From Candidatus Methylomirabilis limnetica (GTDB lineage Bacteria; Methylomirabilota; Methylomirabilia; Methylomirabilales; Methylomirabilaceae): a DNA stretch of 32,000 bases. The stretch lies in contig NZ_NVQC01000009.1 of the NCBI RefSeq assembly GCF_003044035.1, positions 30,001-62,000 on the forward strand, read 5' to 3'. Each line of letters opens with the position of its first letter. Positions within the stretch are counted from its first letter, which is position 1. This document shows, in pieces, positions 26,284 through 32,000 of this stretch. Made by a program: the position numbers and the translations under genes. A model generated the notes under the pieces. The model saw nothing but the letters and a program-made list of their open reading frames with translations. It was not told the origin of the DNA and searched no databases.

Positions 26284-27282
26284 ATGCGGGCGCTGAGTGT
26301 GAATAGTGCGCGCCCGATCGAAGATCATCCACTCATGCTGATCGAGCTGCCGGCGCCGATCCCGGGCCCGGGTGAGCTCCGCCTGCGAGTTCAGGCCTGC
26401 GGTCTCTGCCGGACCGACCTACACATCATCGAAGGCGACCTGCCACTCCCCACACTCCCCATCGTGCCCGGCCATCAGATCGTCGGTATCGTCGATCAGG
26501 TCGGAGAGGGCGTGACGCACTTTCAGGCTGGTGATCGGCTGGGTGTTCCCTGGCTGTACTCCACCTGTGGTCGGTGTGCCTTCTGTTGGCGCGATCAGGA
26601 AAATCTTTGCGACGCAGCCCGCTTTACCGGCTACCATGTGAATGGGGGGTATGCGGAGTTCGTGGTTGCGCCAGAGACATCTGCGTATCCGCTCCCGACC
26701 GGCATCTCGAGCGCCCACCTGGCCCCTTTGCTCTGTGCGGGGGTCATCGGCCTCCGAGCCCTGCGACTGAGCGAGGTCAGGCCCGGAGAGCGCCTGGGGC
26801 TGTATGGGTTCGGTGGTTCGGCTCACATCACAATCCAGGTTGCGGTTCACTGGGGATGCGAGGTCTATGTCTTTACCAGGAGCGAGGCGCACTGCGCCCT
26901 GGCCCGCCAGCTAGGCGCCCACTGGGCGGGACGGGTCGAGGATGACCCGCCTGGGCTACTCGATAGCGCGGTCATCTTCGCGCCTGTCGGGGGGCTGGTG
27001 CAGCAGGCGCTCCGGGTCCTCAGAAAAGGGGGCACGATCGCACTCGCCGGCATCACGATGAGCCCGATCCCGGAGCTTGACTACGCCCTACTATACCAGG
27101 AGCGGACTGTCCGGAGCGTGGCCAACAGCACCAGGCAGGATGTGCGCGACCTCCTGCGCTTGGCAGTAGATATCCCGATCCGAACCGAGGTCCGCGTCTT
27201 CCCCTTCGAAGAGGCCAACCACGCCCTCCAACTCCTTAAGCAAAGCCGGTTCAACGGCGCCGGCGTCCTGGCCATCTCCTAG
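26284..27282 (+). CDS. Zinc-dependent alcohol dehydrogenase family (MDR) oxidoreductase
   Basis: ...ELRLRVQACGLCRTDLHIIEGDLP....P.VPGHQIVG.V..VGEGV..F..GDR.GV.W....CG.C..C......LC structural-Zn Cys cluster, and a Rossmann motif LYGFGGSAH. Confidence 0.9.
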   Translation: MRALSVNSARPIEDHPLMLIELPAPIPGPGELRLRVQACGLCRTDLHIIEGDLPLPTLPIVPGHQIVGIVDQVGEGVTHFQAGDRLGVPWLYSTCGRCAFCWRDQENLCDAARFTGYHVNGGYAEFVVAPETSAYPLPTGISSAHLAPLLCAGVIGLRALRLSEVRPGERLGLYGFGGSAHITIQVAVHWGCEVYVFTRSEAHCALARQLGAHWAGRVEDDPPGLLDSAVIFAPVGGLVQQALRVLRKGGTIALAGITMSPIPELDYALLYQERTVRSVANSTRQDVRDLLRLAVDIPIRTEVRVFPFEEANHALQLLKQSRFNGAGVLAIS

Positions 27283-27312
27283 GGGCACATATATTGAGTT
27301 TTATTTTGTCCG

Positions 27313-27342
27313 TTGACAGGTTGGGGGGGGGTGGTATACAGT
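27313..27342 (+). promoter_or_regulatory. Candidate sigma70-type promoter (TTGACA, then TATACA/TACAGT at 16-18 nt) upstream of the radical SAM gene
   Basis: ttgaca at 27313-18, then tataca at 27335-40 or tacagt at 27337-42, preceded by an AT-rich stretch (27290-27310). Confidence 0.35.
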
Positions 27343-27416
27343 ATCGTCCGGTGTCGGCTCTTAATATGATTGTCCCGTTCTCGGGAGAACGGCGCCGGAG
27401 AAAGCGAGGAGCAGAG

Positions 27417-29744
27417 ATGACACCCTCTGGTCGGAGCGCAGCACTCGCCATAAAGGAACCTATGCACCAGTGCGCTGAGTCACAGCAGACCCTTCTCCTA
27501 CCTCAAGCGAACAAGTACAGGACCCTTCGGATCGTCCTTGTCAAACCCTCACAATACGATGATGATGGGTACGTTACCCGCTTTTGGAAGGGCGTACTGC
27601 CCAGCAACACCCTCAGCGTGCTCCGGGGCTTGACCGAAGACATTAAGGAGCGCCGTGCCCTTGGCGACATCGCCATCCAAGTCGATACCTTTGATGAGGT
27701 AGCGGAAAAGATCCCGGTGGCGCAGATCGTCAAATGGAGCCGCCATCCTTCCACCAAGCTGGTGGTATGCCTGGTGGGAGTCCAGACTACCCAGTTCCCG
27801 AGGGCGCTTGCCATGGGGAAGCAGTTCCGTGAGTATGGGATTGACGTCATGATTGGCGGATTCCACACGAGCGGAACCATCAACATGCTCGGCGATCAAG
27901 GGCCGGACATCCAGGAGCTCTATCGAGAATCAATCGTGGTCGTCTCCGGCGAGGTCGAAGGACATTGGGAGGGGATACTGGCCGATCTCCTCAACGGACA
28001 ATTGAAGCCCCTCTACTCCTTTGCCCAGGACCTCAAGAATCTGGTGGACATCGAAAAGGCTCCCCTACCTGTCATCAGTCCCAAAACGATGAAGCACTTT
28101 GCCAGACCCAACTTCGGGACGGTTGAAACCTCTCGAGGCTGTCCCTTTTCGTGCAGCTTCTGCACCATCATCAACGTGCAGGGTCGGATGATGCGGGAAC
28201 GCTCTCCGGAAGCCATTACGGATCTCATCCGGAGAAATTTCTCTGAACGTGGCATCAACTTCTACTTCTTTACCGACGACAACTTTGCCCGGAAGAAGTG
28301 GTGGCGCGAGACCTTTGAGTCGATCATCCGGCTGCGAGAGGAAGGGATCAAAATCACCTTCATGATGCAGGTGGACCTGGCCCATAAACCGCAGGACTTC
28401 GTACGCCTCGCAGCCGAGGCCGGATGCACCCAGGTGTTCGTCGGTATGGAGAGCGTCAACCCTGACAACCTCAAGGCCCAGGGAAAGGGACAGAACAAGG
28501 TTGATGAGTATCAGGCCATCATTCGCGAGTGGCACGATGTCGCCGTCGCTGTCCACGTCGCCTACATCATCGGCCTGCCCTTCGACACGAAGGCGCAGGT
28601 GGCCCTCGATATCCAGTATCTCATAGATGAGATCCAGGCGGATCAGGTCTCCTTCTTTATGCTGACCCCGATGCCGGGCGCCCAGGATCACCTGGAGATG
28701 ATAGAACGCGGTGAGTGGATGGATCCCGATTTCAACAAGCGGGATTCGTTTCACCCCACGACTAGACATCCCCATATGACTGCCGAGGAGTGGACTTCCG
28801 CGTATGAGGCAGCCTGGAAGTCATTTTATGGCAAAGAGAACCTTACAAAGGTCCTCTCCCGCTGGAGCCACGATCCATATACGTACTGGAACCTCTTTAA
28901 TTTGTACGTGTGGTACAAGAACGCTGCGCTGATCGAGAAGCAACATCCGATGGTTGCCGGCTTTTTCCGTCTCAAGGACCGGCTTACACGGAGATCGGGA
29001 TTTTCGATCGATCCGTTGCCGGTTCATCTCTGGAAGCGTACGAAAGAGATATGCCGTCTGTTCGTGGCGTGGGCCCGCTTCGTGAAGGAGATGGAAGAGA
29101 TATGGCTCCAGACCCGTCCTCGCAGTGAAAGGGAGAGGCAATTTTTCGACGAGGTTCAGCGAATCCAGGGAGAGATCTGGCAGACCTTGAAGATCGCGGA
29201 GTGGCAAAAGGCGTATAGTGATGTCAAGACGGCGATGCCCGCTAAGGCCCGGGCCCTGCTTGATCCCTTTGAAGAACTCTCCTCTAAGCTGTTGCTCAGC
29301 CGCAATGACCTGAATGCGTTCCTGAAGAAGTGGGGAAGCCTTCAGGCCAAGATCCAGACCCTCCAGCGCGGTTGGGCATGGGGGGACGGACCTGCCAAAA
29401 AATGGCTTGAGCAGATCCAGGCCCTCCATCGAGATGCCTGGCAGGGGATGAAAGTCCACGAATGGCAAGCGGTCTACTCCGGCTTCAAGGGGAGGCTTCC
29501 GTCGAGACTGGATTTACGCTATGCCAGGTTTGATGCCTTGAGCAATCGGATGGTCTGCTCTCGCCAGGATCTCAACACATTCCAGACCAGAACGCGGGGG
29601 CGCCTGAGCGGGATGCGATTCTGGAACTTTCAGCCTTTCAGGTTTGCGGGCACCTTTTTTAAGGAGTTTCTGCTAATCATAACGTTCGCTAGGAGCGTCT
29701 TTGCATCGTTTCGATCGGAACTACCGAGGGCGATACAGCAGTGA
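27417..29744 (+). CDS. B12-binding-domain-type (class B-like) radical SAM protein with ~270-aa C-terminal extension containing a tandem duplication
   Basis: ATG 27417 lies 5 nt after gaggag; the tracked ORF starts at 27294. The N-terminal Rossmann-like part reads RIVLVKPSQYDDDGYVTRFWKGVLPSNTL...LVGVQTTQFPRAL...GIDVMIGGFH. The radical SAM motif is CPFSCSFC (28140-28163). Function unknown. Confidence 0.85.
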   Translation: MTPSGRSAALAIKEPMHQCAESQQTLLLPQANKYRTLRIVLVKPSQYDDDGYVTRFWKGVLPSNTLSVLRGLTEDIKERRALGDIAIQVDTFDEVAEKIPVAQIVKWSRHPSTKLVVCLVGVQTTQFPRALAMGKQFREYGIDVMIGGFHTSGTINMLGDQGPDIQELYRESIVVVSGEVEGHWEGILADLLNGQLKPLYSFAQDLKNLVDIEKAPLPVISPKTMKHFARPNFGTVETSRGCPFSCSFCTIINVQGRMMRERSPEAITDLIRRNFSERGINFYFFTDDNFARKKWWRETFESIIRLREEGIKITFMMQVDLAHKPQDFVRLAAEAGCTQVFVGMESVNPDNLKAQGKGQNKVDEYQAIIREWHDVAVAVHVAYIIGLPFDTKAQVALDIQYLIDEIQADQVSFFMLTPMPGAQDHLEMIERGEWMDPDFNKRDSFHPTTRHPHMTAEEWTSAYEAAWKSFYGKENLTKVLSRWSHDPYTYWNLFNLYVWYKNAALIEKQHPMVAGFFRLKDRLTRRSGFSIDPLPVHLWKRTKEICRLFVAWARFVKEMEEIWLQTRPRSERERQFFDEVQRIQGEIWQTLKIAEWQKAYSDVKTAMPAKARALLDPFEELSSKLLLSRNDLNAFLKKWGSLQAKIQTLQRGWAWGDGPAKKWLEQIQALHRDAWQGMKVHEWQAVYSGFKGRLPSRLDLRYARFDALSNRMVCSRQDLNTFQTRTRGRLSGMRFWNFQPFRFAGTFFKEFLLIITFARSVFASFRSELPRAIQQ

Positions 29745-29812
29745 CGTTATGTGCTGCGATCGTCATCTCGAAACTTTTCTGCCTTGTCTTTACGTAATTC
29801 GGCGTCATCGGC

Positions 29813-29841
29813 TTGACAATGCGCATTAAATATGGTTATAT
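29813..29841 (+). promoter_or_regulatory. Candidate sigma70-type promoter (TTGACA-17 nt-TTATAT) giving a ~190-nt leader for the cold-shock gene
   Basis: ttgaca at 29813-18, a 17-nt spacer, then ttatat at 29836-41. The next credible start codon is GTG 30040. Confidence 0.55.
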
Positions 29842-30039
29842 GGCTGCAATTTTGGGGATAGACTTCTCACAGCAGACTCACCGATGGCCGTGTAGTCTCG
29901 CTGCGATGAAATGTACCGGGGTGCGAACGGGGAGTCGCATGTGTAGAGAGGAACAATCTCTCTGGTCCGCCGCAGGCCCACAGTTGGGAACACCTTCTGG
30001 CGGTCCTGAGAGAGCTATGAAAAAGGAGGGAAGGAAGAA

Positions 30040-30243
30040 GTGAGGGTAAAAGGTAAGATCAAGTGGTTTAATGACAGCAAGGGGTACGGCTTTATTGAGC
30101 GACCGGATGGCGATGACGTTTTTGTACATTTTTCCGCTATCCAGGGCTCCGGCTTCAAGACGCTGGCTGAGGGTCAGGAGGTCGAGTTTGAGGTTGTCGA
30201 TGGGCCAAAGGGGAAACAGGCCGCGAACGTCGTCGGGCTTTAA
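30040..30243 (+). CDS. Cold-shock protein (CspA family, CSD)
   Basis: [60 protein letters not shown] contains the RNP1 (KGYGFI) and RNP2 (VFVHF) motifs. GTG start after aaaaggaggg. Confidence 0.95.
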   Translation: MRVKGKIKWFNDSKGYGFIERPDGDDVFVHFSAIQGSGFKTLAEGQEVEFEVVDGPKGKQAANVVGL

Positions 30244-30269
30244 CTCCGATCCTCTGTAACGAACAAAAA

Positions 30270-30302
30270 GCCCCCGCGAGGAAACTCGCGGGGGCTTTTT
30301 TT
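30270..30302. terminator. Rho-independent, bidirectional terminator between convergent csp and the Tim44-like gene
   Basis: aaaaa-gcccccgcgag-gaaa-ctcgcgggggc-ttttttt: an 11-bp perfect GC-rich stem with a GAAA loop, a T7 run on the + strand and an A5 run upstream for the - strand. Confidence 0.92.
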
Positions 30303-30304
30303 AA

Positions 30305-30325
30305 CTGAAGGCTGATCGCTGAAAA
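30305..30325. repeat. Short heptamer array CTGAAGG CTGATCG CTGAAAA
   Basis: Read directly from the sequence. It lies immediately after the terminator and 9 nt from the Tim44-like stop codon. Confidence 0.6.
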
Positions 30326-30333
30326 CGGAAAGC

Positions 30334-31302
30334 TCAGTTCTCTGCCTGGTTGATGGCCGAGAGGATCCAAGGGTTCGGACCGACCGGGCGCGTGACGGTC
30401 CAGAACTCCTCAAACTTCACTGGATTGGTCCGGTTTCCTTCCACAACCTGGGAGGTTCCTTCGTCTACTGTGTAATCGAGGAGGTTCGCCAGGAATCGCA
30501 CAGTGACATAGTCCTGCCCTTTTTCCTGCCACGCTTCGGTTAGTTCGATAGAGCGGACAGCGATGTTCTCCAGGCGGTTGATCCTACGTGCCGTCTTGAG
30601 CTGCTCCACGTCCTCAGCAAGCTGGGAATACATCTGGGGCGTGAGGATCGCGCGGACTGATTCAAGATCACGATTCCCCCAAGCCGCCTGGACCCTGAAA
30701 AAGAGATCGGTGCATGCCTCTCGAAAGCGCCCCTCCTCAAACCCGGAGTCCATCTGGCGGACATACGCCAAACCTTGATCCAGATCGGTTTCCTGGACCA
30801 TTGTTGCCTGCGAAGTCGCCACCTGGTAGCGTTCTGACTCTCGTTCAACCAGGGCCACGCGCTGATATGGCCCCCCGACAGGCGCCGGCTGCCTCCTCTG
30901 CTTCACCACCCAATAGATCGCAAAGCCGATCCCGCCCAGGATCACCATGTCCATCAAGCCGAACCCGCCGCCACCCATCCCGCCAAGGCCGGCGAAGCCC
31001 AGGCTCCGGAATAACATTCCGCCTAGAAGCCCGCCAAGCATACCTCCCGCCATGCTCCGCATGAACCCACCTCCGAACATGCCGGACGCCGGGGATGCGA
31101 GCGGAGACCGCGGCTCGGTCCGTGACTGAGCAGGGCTGGATGGCCTGGAATAGCTACGACTCGGGCTGGAAAAGCTGCGCGACCCGCGACTCCCAAAGCC
31201 GCCTCCGCCGCCCGCCCGCGCCCACGCATCGGGCACTGCGGCCGGCAGCGTGAAAACCACTGCAAGAACGATCAACGCCAAGCACTGTCCGTACTTCCGC
31301 AT
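30334..31302 (-). CDS. Tim44-like domain protein with signal peptide, Ser/Pro-rich and Gly-rich regions and one TM helix
   Basis: Signal peptide MRKYGQCLALIVLAVVFTLPAAVPDAWA, then GGGGGFGSRGSRSFSSPS..., a Gly/Met-rich segment and the TM helix ILGGIGFAIYWVV. The C-terminal ~150 aa (...FEEGRFREACTDLFFRVQAAWGNRDLESVRAILTPQMYSQL...TEAWQEKGQDYVTVRF......W.....NPW.L..I) fits the Tim44-like fold family. SD ggaggagg. Confidence 0.85.
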   Translation of the reverse strand: MRKYGQCLALIVLAVVFTLPAAVPDAWARAGGGGGFGSRGSRSFSSPSRSYSRPSSPAQSRTEPRSPLASPASGMFGGGFMRSMAGGMLGGLLGGMLFRSLGFAGLGGMGGGGFGLMDMVILGGIGFAIYWVVKQRRQPAPVGGPYQRVALVERESERYQVATSQATMVQETDLDQGLAYVRQMDSGFEEGRFREACTDLFFRVQAAWGNRDLESVRAILTPQMYSQLAEDVEQLKTARRINRLENIAVRSIELTEAWQEKGQDYVTVRFLANLLDYTVDEGTSQVVEGNRTNPVKFEEFWTVTRPVGPNPWILSAINQAEN

Positions 31303-31425
31303 CCTTACCTCCTCCTATCGCTGGCACCAACCCCAGCGGGCTGACAAAAAGACTACTAATAGCCAATCCACCGATAGAAGTATAAGCAATCCTCCCGGGC
31401 AACGCAAGTGAAATTCAGTCTCATC

Positions 31426-31611
31426 GTAACCATTCAGTGAGAGGGGGGAAATCATTAAATAAAATGCAGTATGTTTTTATAAAATCCCCCTTAATCCCCC
31501 TTTTCCAAAGGGGGAAACGGGTAGTCCCCCTCTTTGGAAAAGAGGGGCAAGAGCCTGCCCCGGCATGTAATAAGCCGGGGGGAGATTTTCTACCCGTAAC
31601 TGAATGGTTGC
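31426..31611. mobile_element. MITE-like ~186-bp element: 13-bp terminal inverted repeats (12/13) enclosing three GC-rich hairpins; possible CTCATC target duplication
   Basis: gtaaccattcagt (31426-38) pairs with actgaatggttgc (31599-611). Internal hairpins lie at 31496-31515, 31526-31547 and 31556-31580. ctcatc occurs at 31420-25 and at 31613-18 (1-nt offset). Confidence 0.5.
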
Positions 31612-31707
31612 CCTCATCGCTTCTGACGGAGCAGATCAGTAATGAGCCGATAGAGTTTCCGGTTCTTTGGGCAGATACGCATTGACGATATTCCAGAGGT
31701 AACTGCA

Positions 31708-31850
31708 AGGTGTTTAGACTGAAGGCTGAAGACTGGAGGTTCTAAATTATCTCGCAAGGCACGAATCGAGCCATTCAAGACCTTTTCGGAGTTTTGTATA
31801 ATCACGCATGACTTGCCCCTAAAAGCCTTCAGCCTTCAGCCTATCTACCT
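31708..31850. mobile_element. Miniature heptamer-bracketed cassette, copy 2 (homologous to 8563..8726) with minus-strand relic resembling a four-helix-bundle protein C-terminus
   Basis: aggtgtttagact + AGACTGA AGGCTGA AGACTGG (31716-36), then a core with cgaatc...caagaccttttcgg, then ctaaaagcc + AGCCTTC AGCCTTC AGCCTAT (31824-44) + ctacct. The arms are 17/19 complementary. The minus strand reads ...NSEKVLNGSIRALRDNLEPPVFSLQS (part of tracked ORF 31614..31805). Confidence 0.6.
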
Positions 31851-32000
31851 TGTACCTCCAGAGATCAGCATCAGGAGACGCGGGCTATGCGTGGCGGAAG
31901 AGACGAAGGATCTTCAGGCGGACCGTTCCCCTCACGACCCAAGGCCTCCGCCAGTACGAGGCTTTCCGCGTGAGGGATAAAGGGGGCAGGAGTTTGATCT

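Noticed and set aside
29813-30043. 76-aa ORF upstream of csp.
   Set aside because: It starts inside the candidate promoter and has no SD and no recognisable fold. It is more parsimoniously the csp 5' leader.
31871-32000. The minus-strand frame is open from the window edge to a TGA at 31871-31873 (...LVLAEALGREGNGPPEDPSSLPPRIARVS*). It may be the 3' end of a gene lying beyond the window.
   Set aside because: Only 42 codons are visible, with no recognisable motif and inconclusive codon bias. I cannot support a call.

Overview
High-GC bacterial chromosomal window made up mostly of core housekeeping genes, nearly all on the + strand. No rRNA, tRNA or CRISPR array was found.

Gene order:
- 3' part of an HD-GYP-type gene whose frame breaks in a C6 run.
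- A partial F1Fo ATP synthase cluster: AtpI-like membrane protein, atpF, atpH, atpA, an inserted four-helix-bundle ORF, atpG, atpD, atpC. The cluster is start/stop-overlapped with a type I-beta DAHP synthase.
- A minus-strand block typA / uvrC / ridA.
- A lipoprotein SlyD-like FKBP.
- A small accessory islet: a Zn-ribbon ORF plus a DUF4160/DUF2442 pair.
- thrB (-), then proC-yggT-DUF167, glpX, hisS-aspS, and phoH-ybeY-dgkA-era-recO.
- A Zn-dependent alcohol dehydrogenase.
- A large B12-binding-type radical SAM protein with a duplicated C-terminal module.
- A cold-shock protein with a long leader.
- A Tim44-like protein (-).

The most unusual content is non-coding:
1. At least 12 short tandem heptanucleotide arrays lie in gene junctions, often as inverted pairs. 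The unit classes are RGCTGAW and its complement, CCCGAAA/TTTCGGG, and GAACCTT.
2. One inverted pair contains a perfect 16-bp long-range complement. It brackets an intact four-helix-bundle ORF ('23S rRNA intervening-sequence protein' family) wedged between atpA and atpG. The ORF's stop lies 4 nt before the atpG ATG.
3. Two miniature copies (about 145-165 bp) retain only a relic of the ORF's C-terminus. 'Empty' hairpin versions sit at atpG|atpD and aspS|phoH.

I interpret these as one family of IVS-like, heptamer-bracketed cassettes colonising operon junctions. This is a hypothesis, not a demonstrated system.

The window also holds GC-rich nested palindromes (REP-like), one of them bounded by terminal inverted repeats with a possible target duplication. 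All family assignments come from reading the translations against remembered family signatures; no database search was run.
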